Part shown: positions 30,602-41,513 of the stretch, piece by piece | How the letters are laid out: each line of letters opens with the position of its first letter | Numbering within the stretch: position 1 is the stretch's first letter | NCBI GenBank assembly: GCA_963755715.1 | Contig: CAVWLW010000023.1 | Span: 1 to 64,000, forward strand | Reading direction: 5' to 3' | Source: an uncultured delta proteobacterium | GTDB taxonomy: Bacteria > Desulfobacterota > Binatia > UBA9968 | Length of the DNA: 64,000 bases | Notes under the pieces: model-generated | What the model was told of the DNA's origin: nothing | Databases searched by the model: none | The model's input: only the letters and a program-made list of their open reading frames with translations | Program-made: the position numbers and the translations under genes

Positions 30602-31936
30602 GTGGAGTTGCGCGGCAAAAAAATACTGGTGGTCGGACTGGGACGCACCGGCCGAGAATGCGCGCGCTTCCTGGCGCAGCGCGGGGCTACTGTGTTGGTT
30701 AGCGATCTGCGTGGCGAGAGCGAACTCGCCCAGGAAATGACAAGCCTCGCCGGCTTGCCCATTGAGTATCGTTTAGGCGGCGAACAAACCGCTTGGCTCG
30801 ACGGCGTCGATTGCGTCGTTCCAAGTCCCGGCGTGCCCCAGGAAAATCCGCTGCTGCGGCAAGCGACGGCGCTGCGCATTCCTGTTCTTAGCGAGATCGA
30901 ACTGGCCGCGCGTTTTGTTCGCGCGCCGCTGCTGGCGGTGACCGGTACTAACGGTAAGAGCACGACGACGACGCTGATCGGCGCCATGATTCAAGCTGCG
31001 GGAAAAAAAGTTTTCGTCGGCGGCAATCTCGGCGTGCCCTTTATCAGCGCGGCGGCCGAGGATTGGGATTGGGCGGTCTTGGAGATCAGCAGTTTTCAAT
31101 TGGAGTGGATCGAACAGTTTCGCCCGCAGATCGGCGTCATGCTTAACCTTACGGAAGATCATTTGGACCGCTACGCGTCCTTTGCCGACTACTGTGCGGC
31201 AAAAGAACGCCTGTTCGCGTTTCAAACCGGCGCGGACGTGGCGATCCTCAACCGTGACGATCCGCAGGTGTGGGACATGCGCAAACGGATTAAGGCTCGG
31301 GTCGTCTCCTTCGGTTTCACCGAAGTGGCGCAAGGCGTTTTTGCCACGGCCGACGAAATCGTTTGGCGCGATAGCGGCGTCGAAGAACGCTTCGTGCTCG
31401 GCGCCGTGAAGATTCATGGCGTGCACAATGTCGAAAACATGATGGCGGCCGTCGCCGCGGCGAAATGCGCCGGCATCGCGCGCGCGCAGATTCAACAAAC
31501 CTTGAATGATTTTCCCGGTCTCGAGCACCGGCTCGAGTTCGTGCGCGAGCACAACGGCGTACACTATTACAACGACTCGAAGGGAACTAATGTCGGCGCG
31601 GTCGTGAAATCGCTGGCGAGCTTTGCCGGTCCGGTGATCCTGCTTGCCGGCGGCGTCGATAAAGGCGGCGATTACGGCCCCCTTGAACGGGAAATCAAAC
31701 AGAAAGTTCGCCACCTGGTGCTCTTCGGCGCGGCCAAGAAGATCATCGCCCGTGCTTTGGGCGCGCTCACCGAGACCGTGATCGTTGACGATCTTCAGGC
31801 GGCGGTGCGGGAGGCGGCGGCGCAGGCGCGGCCGGGCGACGTCGTTTTGCTCTCGCCGGCGTGTTCGAGCTTCGACCAATTTCGCAATTACGCGGAGCGC
31901 GGCAAGCTTTTCAAAAGGCTCGTGCAACAATTATGA
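30602..31936 (+). CDS. murD: UDP-MurNAc-L-Ala-D-Glu ligase
   Basis: VTGTNGKSTTT, EISSFQL, NDSKGTN and LSPACSSFDQF. Confidence 0.95.
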   Translation: MELRGKKILVVGLGRTGRECARFLAQRGATVLVSDLRGESELAQEMTSLAGLPIEYRLGGEQTAWLDGVDCVVPSPGVPQENPLLRQATALRIPVLSEIELAARFVRAPLLAVTGTNGKSTTTTLIGAMIQAAGKKVFVGGNLGVPFISAAAEDWDWAVLEISSFQLEWIEQFRPQIGVMLNLTEDHLDRYASFADYCAAKERLFAFQTGADVAILNRDDPQVWDMRKRIKARVVSFGFTEVAQGVFATADEIVWRDSGVEERFVLGAVKIHGVHNVENMMAAVAAAKCAGIARAQIQQTLNDFPGLEHRLEFVREHNGVHYYNDSKGTNVGAVVKSLASFAGPVILLAGGVDKGGDYGPLEREIKQKVRHLVLFGAAKKIIARALGALTETVIVDDLQAAVREAAAQARPGDVVLLSPACSSFDQFRNYAERGKLFKRLVQQL

Positions 31937-33027
31937 GAGACCTTTTGGCTGTCGACAAATGGATGCTGCTCGCTCTCGCCGCGCTCTTGGCGATTGGGAT
32001 GACGATGGTGTTAAGCACCAGTTATCTCTATTCCCAAGAACGCTACGGCGATGGAACCTACTTTTTTCGCAAGCAATTGATCGCCATGGGCGCGGGGATG
32101 ATCGCGCTGATTGCCTGTTCGATCGTGCCATCGACGCTTTATCGACGCTTCGCTTATCCGCTTCTGGCCGTCAGCTTTGGCGTGCTGGCTTTGGTGCTGA
32201 TTCCCGGCATCGGCGTGAGCCGCGGCGGGGCGCGCCGTTGGCTGATGCTTCCCGGCTTTGTTTTTCAGCCGTCGGAATTTGCCAAGCTCGCCCTAGTCTT
32301 CTACCTGGCCCGTTCCATGGCGAAAAAAGAGCAGTTGATTCGCACGTTTTCCATCGGCGTCTTACCGCATCTCATCGTCGGCGGGGCTTTTGCCCTGATG
32401 CTTTTGCTCGAGCCGGATTTCGGCACCGTGTTGATCCTGACGATGCTGCTTTATTTCATGCTCTTCATCGGCGGCGCGCGGGTGCATCATCTGCTCGCCA
32501 CCGCGCTAATGGCTTTGCCCCTGCTGATTTACGTGATGACGAAAGCGGAGTACCGGTTGCGCCGCTTGATGAGTTTTTTAGATCCGTGGAGCGACGCCTC
32601 GGGCAGCGGTTTTCATGTCATCCAATCTTTGATCGCCTTCGGCTCCGGGCAGATGTGGGGACGCGGATTGGGTGAGAGCCGCCAGAAGCTTTTTTATTTG
32701 CCCGAAGCGCACACGGATTTCGTCTATTCAGTGATCGGCGAGGAACTCGGCTTGCTCGGCGCACTGGTGGTCCTGGCGCTGTTCGGCGTCATCATCGTTC
32801 GCGGTCTGCAGCTTACGGCGAGGATCGAAGAACCGTTCGATCAATACCTGGCGTTCGGCCTGACGGTTTTGCTCGGCCTGCAAGCTTTGATTCACATGGG
32901 CGTGGTCATGGGCTTGATGCCGACGAAGGGCTTGGTGCTGCCGTTTATCAGCTATGGCGGTTCGGCGATGGTGATCAATCTGATGGAGGCGGGAATATTG
33001 TTGGGCCTGTCGCGCCGGCGACTTTAG
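31933..33027 (+). CDS. ftsW: SEDS peptidoglycan polymerase FtsW
   Basis: QPSEFAK, EPDFGT, LPEAHTDF and LPFISYGGS. Confidence 0.95.
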   Translation: MRDLLAVDKWMLLALAALLAIGMTMVLSTSYLYSQERYGDGTYFFRKQLIAMGAGMIALIACSIVPSTLYRRFAYPLLAVSFGVLALVLIPGIGVSRGGARRWLMLPGFVFQPSEFAKLALVFYLARSMAKKEQLIRTFSIGVLPHLIVGGAFALMLLLEPDFGTVLILTMLLYFMLFIGGARVHHLLATALMALPLLIYVMTKAEYRLRRLMSFLDPWSDASGSGFHVIQSLIAFGSGQMWGRGLGESRQKLFYLPEAHTDFVYSVIGEELGLLGALVVLALFGVIIVRGLQLTARIEEPFDQYLAFGLTVLLGLQALIHMGVVMGLMPTKGLVLPFISYGGSAMVINLMEAGILLGLSRRRL

Positions 33028-33029
33028 CG

Positions 33030-34097
33030 ATGCGAGTCATCTTCGCCGGCGGGGGAACCGGCGGACATCTATTCCCAGGTCTGGCGGTGGCGCGCGAATT
33101 TCAACGGCGCGATCCGATGACGGAAATCTTATTTATGGGCACTACACAGGGAATCGAATATCGTGTTTTGCCGAAGCAAGGCTATCGTCTTGAAACGCTA
33201 CCGGTGCGTGGCCTCAAGGGACGCGGCGTGCGCGGCGTGATCGACGCGCTCTACGGCGTGCCCGCGAGCCTGCTCCGCTCGTTGAAGATCATCCGCGGTT
33301 TTCGCCCGGATTGCATCATTGGTCTGGGCGGATACGCTTCCGGCCCGGCGCTGCTCGCGGCAAAGCTGGCGGGCATTCGCTGCGCGATCATGGAACAGAA
33401 TCTACGCCCCGGATTCACTAACAAGCTGCTCGCGCGCTTCGTCGATCGCGTCTTTACTGCGTATCCCGAGAGCGCGGCTTTTTTTCCCGGCGCTCGCGTG
33501 GTCGAGACCGGGAACCCGGTGCGCTGGCAAAAACTCCCCGCGGGTCGCAAGCGGGATAATTTTTCGCTGCTGATCTTCGGCGGCAGCCTGGGCGCGCGCC
33601 GGATCAATTTCGCTGTGATCGACGCACTTAAAGAATTAACCGAACTCAAGTCAGAGATTTTCATCACGCACCAGACCGGTGAACTCGATTTTGCCGCGAT
33701 CCGCGTAGCTTATGACGGGTTGCCGTTTGCCGCTGAGGTGACGCCGTTTATCGACAAGATGGATGAGGCGTACGCGCAGGCGGATTTGGTGTTGTGTCGC
33801 GCTGGCGCGACCACCGTGGCGGAGCTTACGGCTTTCGGCAAGGCGGCGATATTGGTGCCGTATCCTTACGCGATTTACGATCATCAGCGCGGCAACGCCC
33901 AGGCGCTGCACGAGCGCGGCGCCGCCGAGATGATTTTGGATCAGGAATTAAACGGACAAATTCTGGCGCAAAAAATCCGTGGCTATCTGTCCGATCGCGG
34001 TCGGCTCGACCAAATGGCGGCGGCCGCTCGGATGCTCGGGCGGCCCGACGCCGCCGAGCACATCGTCGACGAGTGTTACGGTTTGGCCCATGCCTAG
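33030..34097 (+). CDS. murG: Lipid II GlcNAc transferase
   Basis: GGGTGGHLFPG, GNPVR, GGSLGA and RAGATTVAE. Confidence 0.95.
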   Translation: MRVIFAGGGTGGHLFPGLAVAREFQRRDPMTEILFMGTTQGIEYRVLPKQGYRLETLPVRGLKGRGVRGVIDALYGVPASLLRSLKIIRGFRPDCIIGLGGYASGPALLAAKLAGIRCAIMEQNLRPGFTNKLLARFVDRVFTAYPESAAFFPGARVVETGNPVRWQKLPAGRKRDNFSLLIFGGSLGARRINFAVIDALKELTELKSEIFITHQTGELDFAAIRVAYDGLPFAAEVTPFIDKMDEAYAQADLVLCRAGATTVAELTAFGKAAILVPYPYAIYDHQRGNAQALHERGAAEMILDQELNGQILAQKIRGYLSDRGRLDQMAAAARMLGRPDAAEHIVDECYGLAHA

Positions 34098-34121
34098 TAT
34101 TTTGACGGTGACTGAAATTTC

Positions 34122-35522
34122 ATGCTGCAAAAAAAGCATAAAATTCATTTCGTCGGTATCGGCGGCATCGGCATGAGCGGTATCGCCGAAGTGTTGTTGA
34201 ATTCGGGGTACGCGGTGACCGGCTCCGATCTTCATGACAGCGATGCGACGCGCCGCCTGCGCGGGCTCGGCGCGCGGGTTTTTGTCGGCCACCAGGAAGA
34301 AAACCTTGCCGGCAACCCGTCGGTCGTAGTGATTTCCACCGCAGTAAAATATGCCAATCCGGAAGTGCTCGAAGCGCGCCGACGCCATATCCCGGTGATT
34401 CCGCGCGCCGAGATGCTCGGCGAGCTCATGCGCATGAAATACGGCGTCGCGGTGGCCGGCAGCCACGGCAAAACCACGACCACATCGATGGTCGCGGCGG
34501 TGTTGAGCACGGCGGGTTTGGACCCGACGATGGTGATCGGTGGCCGGGTGCACATGCTCGGCACCAATGCCAAAACCGGCGAGGGCGAATTTTTGGTCGC
34601 CGAGGCCGATGAAAGCGACGGCAGTTTTTTGCTGCTGTCGCCGACCATTGCGGTGGTCACTAATATCGATAAAGAGCACATGGACTTCCATCAAACGATG
34701 GAAAGACTGAACGATAATTTTCTGACCTTCATCAACAAGGTGCCCTTTTATGGTCTCGCGGTGCTGTGCATCGACGACGTCAACGTGCGCGCTCTTTTGC
34801 CCAAGGCGAAAAAGCGCTTCGCGACGTACGGCCTTTCGCCGGAGGCGGATTTTTCCGCCGAAGATTTAAAGATGACGGCAGCCGGGGTCGAATTCACCGC
34901 AATGCACGAAGCCAAAAGCTTGGGCAAGCTGCGTTTGCACCTGCCCGGCCGTCATAGCGCGACCAATGCCTTGGCGGCCGTCGCCGTCGCTCATGAACTG
35001 GAAATTCCTTTCACTCAAGTGAGCGACGCGCTCAGCCGTTTCACCGGTATCCACCGGCGCTTTGAAATCAAAGGCGAACCGAATGGAATCCTGGTGATCG
35101 ACGACTACGGTCATCATCCGACGGAAATCCGCGCGACCATCGGCGCGATCCGTGACAGCTGGAAACGGCCGCTCACGGTAATCTTTCAACCGCATCGATT
35201 TACTCGGACCCGAGATCTTTTCGATGAGTTCCTGACCGCTTTCGAGGGCGCGGACCGGTTGGTGCTGACGGAAATTTATCCTGCCGGTGAGGATCCGATC
35301 CCCGGCATGACCGGCGAAGCGCTTTATCAAGCGATCAAGCGCAAGGGGCATCTGGACGTGCAGTTTGTGCCGGACAAAAACGATATCGTCGCGCAAGTTG
35401 CCGGCGAACTAAAACAGGGTGACATCTCGTTGACGCTGGGCGCGGGTGACATTTACAGGGTCGGCGAGGCGTTGGTTGAGAAGCTTCAAATAACGAGTTG
35501 GAGGGGTGGGGTGATGGAGTGA
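34122..35522 (+). CDS. murC: UDP-MurNAc-L-Ala ligase
   Basis: GIGGIGMSG, GSHGKTTT, EADESDGSF and DDYGHHPTE. Confidence 0.96.
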   Translation: MLQKKHKIHFVGIGGIGMSGIAEVLLNSGYAVTGSDLHDSDATRRLRGLGARVFVGHQEENLAGNPSVVVISTAVKYANPEVLEARRRHIPVIPRAEMLGELMRMKYGVAVAGSHGKTTTTSMVAAVLSTAGLDPTMVIGGRVHMLGTNAKTGEGEFLVAEADESDGSFLLLSPTIAVVTNIDKEHMDFHQTMERLNDNFLTFINKVPFYGLAVLCIDDVNVRALLPKAKKRFATYGLSPEADFSAEDLKMTAAGVEFTAMHEAKSLGKLRLHLPGRHSATNALAAVAVAHELEIPFTQVSDALSRFTGIHRRFEIKGEPNGILVIDDYGHHPTEIRATIGAIRDSWKRPLTVIFQPHRFTRTRDLFDEFLTAFEGADRLVLTEIYPAGEDPIPGMTGEALYQAIKRKGHLDVQFVPDKNDIVAQVAGELKQGDISLTLGAGDIYRVGEALVEKLQITSWRGGVME

Positions 35523-35572
35523 TGGGAGAATTTGCCGAAGACCCAACACTCCATTGGCTTGAGATGTTTGCG

Positions 35573-36514
35573 ATGGCTCCAGCAAATAACGATGCACCGT
35601 TGGCGGCGGAACTGAAACTGATTGCGGGCTTGACGGTCAAGATCGCCGAACCGCTGGCGCGCTACACGTCGATGAAGATCGGCGGGCCGGCGGACTATTT
35701 CATCGAGGTGGAGAACGACGCGGCGTTGACGAATTTGCTCGGCGTGCTTTCACGGCACCAGGAAAATTTTTGCCTGCTCGGCAACGGCAGTAATGTCTTG
35801 ATCAGCGACCGCGGCGTGCGCGGCGCGGTGATTCATTTGGCCGGTGAATTTAAACAAGCGCAATGGCGCGAAGAGGACGAGACGGCGCGACTGAATGTGG
35901 GCGCCGCCTGCGCCGTGGCGCAACTGGTACGGCAAGCGGCGCGCAAAGGCTACTCCGGTTTGGAATTTGCCGAAGGGATTCCCGGCAGTGTCGGTGGTGC
36001 TTTATTCATGAACGCGGGAGCGTTCGGTTCCGAGTTCGAGAAAGTCGTCGATCAGGTCGAGGCGATGACGCCGCGCGGCGAGCCGCTTCATTTGGCGCGC
36101 GCGCAGATGACGTTCAGCTACCGCGATTCGCATCTGCCCGAGGGCACAATCATCACACGCGTGGGAATGATATTGCACAAACAAGAATCAATCGAGGTAA
36201 CTTCGAAAGTGCGCGAGCTCGTCGGCAAACGAAAGAGCAGCCAGCCATCCGGTTTCCCCAATTCCGGTTCGATGTTTCGCAATCCGCCGGGAGATTACGC
36301 CGGCCGGCTGATCGAGACCGCCGGTTTGAAGGGCAAGCGCATGGGCCAAGCCCAAATTTCAGAGCGTCATGCCAACTTCATCGTCAATCACGGCGGCGCC
36401 AAGGCGGACGACGTGCGAAGGTTAATGGAGCTGGCGCGCAGCGAAGTGCGCAAACAATTCGGCGTCGAGCTAGTCGCCGAGGTGAGGCTCTTGGGAGATT
36501 GGTCGGCGAATTGA
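35573..36514 (+). CDS. murB: UDP-N-acetylenolpyruvoylglucosamine reductase
   Basis: IGGPAD, GNGSN, GIPGSVGG..MNAGA, GSMFRNP and HANFIVN. Start approximate. Confidence 0.93.
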   Translation: MAPANNDAPLAAELKLIAGLTVKIAEPLARYTSMKIGGPADYFIEVENDAALTNLLGVLSRHQENFCLLGNGSNVLISDRGVRGAVIHLAGEFKQAQWREEDETARLNVGAACAVAQLVRQAARKGYSGLEFAEGIPGSVGGALFMNAGAFGSEFEKVVDQVEAMTPRGEPLHLARAQMTFSYRDSHLPEGTIITRVGMILHKQESIEVTSKVRELVGKRKSSQPSGFPNSGSMFRNPPGDYAGRLIETAGLKGKRMGQAQISERHANFIVNHGGAKADDVRRLMELARSEVRKQFGVELVAEVRLLGDWSAN

Positions 36515-36535
36515 ACCATTGAACCAGGGTGTACC

Positions 36536-37351
36536 GTGCAGCTTAAGGTTTATCGCAAAGATAATCGCAAAAAGGATGGACAGCGCTGGCGCCGCCACTT
36601 GCTCTGGTGCGGTTGCATTTTCGTGGTGGCGATCCTCGCTTTCGCAGCTTATCGCCTGAGCGATCCGCTCGTGCTCACCGCTGCCTCGCTGCGCGATTTT
36701 ATCTTGGACAATCGTTACTTTTCGGTGCACGAAATTCAGGTGCGGGGCGGCGACAAAGTGAGCGGCAACGAAATCGTCACCATCGCCGGGCTGCACCAGG
36801 GCATGAGTATCTGGAAGGTCGATCTGCCGGCGATTGAAAAAAAAGTCGGCAAACATCCATGGGTACGCCGGGTCTTGGTCCGCCGCGAGTTTCCGCATCG
36901 CATCATTATCGATGTCGAAGAACGAGTGCCGCGCGCCATCGTAGCGCTGCGAAAACTTTACTACGTCGATACGGACGGCGTGGTGTTCAAAGAAGTCGAT
37001 CCCAATGAAAACGTCAAATATCCGTTGCTGACGGGTCTTCGCGCAGAGGAAGTTAGCGGGTCGAACCCGGCCATGCGCAAACGCATTCAAGACGCCATCC
37101 GCCTGGGCGACCTGATGGCGCAGCGAGCGCATTCGATTTCGGAGATTCACTTCGATGCACCCGACCGGCTGGTGGTTTATACGACCGATTTTCCGATCCC
37201 GCTGCACATGGGTTGGGGAAATTGGGATGACAAGTTGGAGCGGATGGATCGCTTGATGTCGTTGTGGAAAGGCAACGAAGAACGGCTGGGATCACTAGAT
37301 ATGAGCTTTCGCGATCAAATCGTCGCCCGGCTGCGCCGGGTTCAACGATAA
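36536..37351 (+). CDS. ftsQ: Cell division protein FtsQ/DivIB
   Basis: TM plus POTRA domain (HPWV..V.RREFPH.I.I.VEER); position before ftsA. Confidence 0.88.
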   Translation: MQLKVYRKDNRKKDGQRWRRHLLWCGCIFVVAILAFAAYRLSDPLVLTAASLRDFILDNRYFSVHEIQVRGGDKVSGNEIVTIAGLHQGMSIWKVDLPAIEKKVGKHPWVRRVLVRREFPHRIIIDVEERVPRAIVALRKLYYVDTDGVVFKEVDPNENVKYPLLTGLRAEEVSGSNPAMRKRIQDAIRLGDLMAQRAHSISEIHFDAPDRLVVYTTDFPIPLHMGWGNWDDKLERMDRLMSLWKGNEERLGSLDMSFRDQIVARLRRVQR

Positions 37352-37378
37352 TTTGGCACAAGGTTTAGCAAAACGACT

Positions 37379-38608
37379 ATGGCGAAGAAAAACAGCATCG
37401 TAGTGGGTTTAGACATCGGCACGTCGAAAGTTTGCGCCGTGGTCGGCGAAATGACCGAGCACGGCGTCGAGATCATCGGCGTCGGCTCGCACCCGTCACA
37501 AGGACTACGCAAAGGAGTCGTGATCAATATCGAAGCCACGGTGAGTTCGCTCAAAAAGGCCGTGGAAGAAGCAAGTTTGATGGCGGGCTGCGAGATTCAC
37601 ACCGTTTTCACAAGTCTATCGGGCGGCCACATCAAGGCGTTTAATAGCCACGGCATCGTCGCGGTGAAAAACAAAGAGGTGATGGCACGCGACCTAGGGC
37701 GGGTGATCGATGCCGCCAAGGCGGTGGCGATCCCGATGGATCGCGAGGTGCTCCACGTTTTGCCGCAAGATTACATCATCGATGATCAGGACGGCATCCG
37801 GGATCCCCTTGGCATGTCCGGAGTCCGTCTCGAAGCGAAGGTGCACATCGTCACCGGGGCGGTGGCCTCGGTGCAGAATGTCATCAAGTGCTGCAACCGC
37901 AGCGGCCTCAATGTTGCGGAGATGGTGTTGGCGCCGTTGGCAGTGGCAGAGGCGGTGCTTACCGACGAGGAACGGGAATTGGGCGTCGTGTTGATCGACG
38001 TCGGCGGCGGCACGACCGACATCGCCGTTTATCATGACGGAACGGTGAAGCATACCGCAGTGATCCCGATGGGCGGCAACCACGTCACCAACGATATCGC
38101 CGCCGGCCTGCGCACCCCGTTCAACGACGCCGAGCGCTTGAAACAGCGCCATGGTTTCGCCAGGGCTTCGATGGCGACGGAGGACGAAAGAGTCGAAGTG
38201 TCGTGCGTGGCGGGGAAAGGCGCGGGAACGATTTCGCGCCAGATTCTTTGCGAGATCATCGAGCCCCGTCTCGACGAGATCTTCGAGATGGTGCAAAAGG
38301 AGATCGCTAAATCGGGGTTCGAAGGGGCGCTCGCATCCGGCATCGTGGCGACGGGCGGGTCGATGCTTTTGGCCGGCGCCGTCGAGATGGCCGAGCGCTC
38401 CTTCGGCTTGCCGGTACGTCTGGGCGTTCCCGCGCGAGTCGGCGGTCTCACCGATATTATCAATAACCCGATCTATGCGGCCGCGGTGGGTTTGGCGCTG
38501 CACGGCATGAAGCGGCAGGATCGTGGCACGGTGTTTCGCGCCCGCGACGACAAGATTCTCTCTAAGGTTAAGCACCGCATGTCGGATTGGTTGAACGAAT
38601 TTTTTTAA
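37379..38608 (+). CDS. ftsA: Cell division protein FtsA
   Basis: GLDIGTSK, DVGGGTTD, and a C-terminal amphipathic helix. Confidence 0.96.
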   Translation: MAKKNSIVVGLDIGTSKVCAVVGEMTEHGVEIIGVGSHPSQGLRKGVVINIEATVSSLKKAVEEASLMAGCEIHTVFTSLSGGHIKAFNSHGIVAVKNKEVMARDLGRVIDAAKAVAIPMDREVLHVLPQDYIIDDQDGIRDPLGMSGVRLEAKVHIVTGAVASVQNVIKCCNRSGLNVAEMVLAPLAVAEAVLTDEERELGVVLIDVGGGTTDIAVYHDGTVKHTAVIPMGGNHVTNDIAAGLRTPFNDAERLKQRHGFARASMATEDERVEVSCVAGKGAGTISRQILCEIIEPRLDEIFEMVQKEIAKSGFEGALASGIVATGGSMLLAGAVEMAERSFGLPVRLGVPARVGGLTDIINNPIYAAAVGLALHGMKRQDRGTVFRARDDKILSKVKHRMSDWLNEFF

Positions 38609-38658
38609 TCATAAAGGCAAACAAAATTTACTGACTTTTTTCCAGAGGAGGAAAACTT

Positions 38659-39894
38659 ATGTTCGAGATTGTGGAGCACAATAGTCTGACCGCGCGCATC
38701 AAAGTGATCGGTATCGGTGGTGGTGGCGGCAATGCGGTCAATACCATGATCGGCTCGCGGCTTTCGGGCGTCGATTTCATGGTGGCGAACACCGACGCGC
38801 AATCGTTGGATGCGAGCCAGGCGCCGGTGCGCATTCAATTGGGTGGCACGGTGACCAAAGGCTTGGGCGCCGGGGCCAATCCGGAGATCGGCCGGCGCGC
38901 CGCGTTGGAAGACCAGGAAGTGATTAAGGAGTACCTCGAAGGCTCTGACATGATCTTCATCACCGCCGGGATGGGCGGTGGCACTGGCACGGGCGGCGCA
39001 CCGGTGCTCGCGCGCGTGGCGCGCGAAGTCGGCGCCCTGACGGTCGGCGTGGTGACCAAGCCGTTCATTTTTGAAGGTAAGAAGCGTATGCGCCAGGCCG
39101 AAGAAGGCATCGAAGAATTGAAAGCGAGCGTCGATACCCTGATCGTCATTCCCAACCAGCGCTTGTTGAGCATCGCTGCCAAGACCACGACGATGCTTGA
39201 AGCGTTTCACAAGGCCGACGACGTCCTGCTCCAAGCGGTGCGCGGAATTTCCGATCTCATTATCACGCCCGGTTTGATCAATCTCGACTTCGCCGATGTG
39301 CGTACGGTGATGGCGGAAATGGGCTTGGCCTTGATGGGAGCATCGTCGGCATCGGGCGAGAATCGCGCCATCGAGGCGGCGCAAAAAGCGATTTCCAGCC
39401 CGCTGCTCGAAGACATCTCGATCCAAGGTGCCCGCGGCGTCTTGATCAATATCACCGGCGGCCCCGATCTCTGCTTGCACGAAGTGAACGAGGCGGCATC
39501 GATGATCCAAGAGGAGGCCCATGATGACGCCAACATCATCTTCGGCGCGGTCATCGATGAGAACATGACGGACGAGATCCGCATCACGGTGATCGCCACG
39601 GGTTTCGGCGAACTCCGAGAAGAGAAAAAAGTCGTGCAGGCGGCTCAAACTCAGGCGCCCGCGCCCGCGGCCAGTGTCGCGAAGATCGCCAACGCCACGC
39701 CAAAAAATCGCAAAGTCGTTCACCTTGGCACCATCATCGATGACCTCGACACGCCGACTTGGCAACGCAAGAAGTCGGGCAGTGACGAAGTCGAGGCGGT
39801 GACGTTGGGCAAGACCAGTTTCGAGTTCAACGGCAATCAGGAAGAAGACGATAAGTACGACATCCCGACGTTTCTGCGCCGCCAGATGGACTGA
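38659..39894 (+). CDS. ftsZ: Cell division protein FtsZ
   Basis: [22 protein letters not shown] and DIPTFLR. Confidence 0.98.
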   Translation: MFEIVEHNSLTARIKVIGIGGGGGNAVNTMIGSRLSGVDFMVANTDAQSLDASQAPVRIQLGGTVTKGLGAGANPEIGRRAALEDQEVIKEYLEGSDMIFITAGMGGGTGTGGAPVLARVAREVGALTVGVVTKPFIFEGKKRMRQAEEGIEELKASVDTLIVIPNQRLLSIAAKTTTMLEAFHKADDVLLQAVRGISDLIITPGLINLDFADVRTVMAEMGLALMGASSASGENRAIEAAQKAISSPLLEDISIQGARGVLINITGGPDLCLHEVNEAASMIQEEAHDDANIIFGAVIDENMTDEIRITVIATGFGELREEKKVVQAAQTQAPAPAASVAKIANATPKNRKVVHLGTIIDDLDTPTWQRKKSGSDEVEAVTLGKTSFEFNGNQEEDDKYDIPTFLRRQMD

Positions 39895-40008
39895 GACGAT
39901 TGGCGCTGAGCCATCGCTTCGATATCGGTTGTAACGGCTTGCGGATTCGTGCCAACGCGTGGGGTGGCGCGACGGAATTTAGCGCTCGCGGCTAAAATGG
40001 CGCGAGCG

Positions 40009-40353
40009 CTATTTGTTGTAGCGCATGCGAGTGCCGTGCTGGATCGAGAGCGAGATCTCGTTGGCACTGAGCTCAACGGGGAAGAAGCCGCCGGAGATCC
40101 TTGCCCCGTTGATGCTAGCTCCCACGAGGCACGCTTTTGAGAAATCGACACCGCGCAAATCGGCGGCGCGAAAATAACAATCGGTAAAGTCGATGCCAGC
40201 GGCGTCGAGCCCGCGCAGGTCGAGATGGCGGAAATCGCAGGACGTAAGCTCGCATTTCTCGCCTTGGGCTTTGCGTTGATTGAACTCTTTGACGTTGCCC
40301 TCGCGCAAGAGCTGGTAGAGGGGATCCTCGTAGGTTAAGGGTTTAAGCGCCAT
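40009..40353 (-). CDS. Pentapeptide repeat protein
   Basis: DPLYQLLREG followed by xDFxx/ADLRG pentapeptide repeats. Confidence 0.8.
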   Translation of the reverse strand: MALKPLTYEDPLYQLLREGNVKEFNQRKAQGEKCELTSCDFRHLDLRGLDAAGIDFTDCYFRAADLRGVDFSKACLVGASINGARISGGFFPVELSANEISLSIQHGTRMRYNK

Positions 40354-40400
40354 GATTTTCCCGGTTCTTTCGCACCGAACCGTCAATAGAATGATCGGCG

Positions 40401-41492
40401 CTATTTCGAAGTCCTTAAACGCTTCTCGCGCCGCGCTCTTTCCAGGGCGAGTCCGATCAGGCGGTCGATCAGGCGGGAATAGCTTAGGCCCGTGGCTTCC
40501 CACATCTTGGGATACATGCTGATCTTGGTAAAGCCGGGAATGGTGTTGATCTCATTGACCAACACCTTCCCGTCGGGACGCAGGAAAAAGTCCACTCGAG
40601 CCATCCCTTCACAGCAAAGCGCTCGGTAGGCGCGCACCGCCGTCCGCTGAATTTCTTTCACGACCTTTTTCGGCAAGCGCGCTGGAATTTCCAAGCGCGC
40701 GCCTTGATCATCGAGATATTTGGCGTCGTAAGAATAAAAGTCGTGCTGCACGACGATCTCGCCCGGTAGTGATGCGATCGGCTTTTCGTTGCCGAGAACC
40801 GAGCACTCGATCTCGCGGCCGCGAATGGCTTCCTCGATAATAATCTTGTTGTCGTAGCGGAAAGCGGTGCGCACCGCAGCGGCGAATTGATCTTTCTTGC
40901 TTACTTTGGAGATGCCGACCGAGGAGCCCAGGTTTGCCGGCTTCACGAAGAGCGGTAGGCCCAGGTTTTTTTTCACCTTCGCGAAGCTAATCGCCGGTTG
41001 CTCCGGCCGCTCAAACATGACGAAGTCTGCGATCGGGATTTTTGCATCGCGCAACAAACGTTTCATGACGTCCTTGTCCATGCCCACAGCGGAGCCCAAC
41101 ACGCCGGCGCCGACAAAGGGAATATTGGCGAGCTTGAGTAAACCCTGAACCGTGCCGTCTTCGCCGAAGGGTCCGTGCAGTACAGGGAAGACGACATCGA
41201 TGGCACCCAACCCGGAGCCGCTGCTCCGCACCACCGGCGTTGCCGTGTCTCCGGGCCGCACCGCTGCGATATTCTTGGCGTCTTTGAAGTCGACTGCCGA
41301 TTGTGCCACACCGTGCAGTAACCGCGCGCTTTCGTCGAGATGCCAGCGTCCTTGTTTGTCGATGCCGATGGCGACGACATCATATTTTGTCTTGTCCATC
41401 GCTTCGACGATATTTCTTGCCGATATGAGCGAAATCTCATGCTCGGCGGACTTGCCGCCAAAAAGAAGCGCAACGCGGAGTTTTTTCTTCAT
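40401..41492 (-). CDS. ddl: D-alanine--D-alanine ligase
   Basis: GGKSAEHEIS, LHGPFGEDG, GSSVG, YDAKY and NEINTIPGFT. Confidence 0.95.
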   Translation of the reverse strand: MKKKLRVALLFGGKSAEHEISLISARNIVEAMDKTKYDVVAIGIDKQGRWHLDESARLLHGVAQSAVDFKDAKNIAAVRPGDTATPVVRSSGSGLGAIDVVFPVLHGPFGEDGTVQGLLKLANIPFVGAGVLGSAVGMDKDVMKRLLRDAKIPIADFVMFERPEQPAISFAKVKKNLGLPLFVKPANLGSSVGISKVSKKDQFAAAVRTAFRYDNKIIIEEAIRGREIECSVLGNEKPIASLPGEIVVQHDFYSYDAKYLDDQGARLEIPARLPKKVVKEIQRTAVRAYRALCCEGMARVDFFLRPDGKVLVNEINTIPGFTKISMYPKMWEATGLSYSRLIDRLIGLALERARREKRLRTSK

Positions 41493-41513
41493 TGGGCGTT
41501 TTTCGAAACTGGG

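Noticed and set aside
37354-37372. Sigma54 promoter before ftsA (TGGCAC..TTAGCA)
   Set aside because: The GG-to-GC spacing is one base off the strict -24/-12 requirement.
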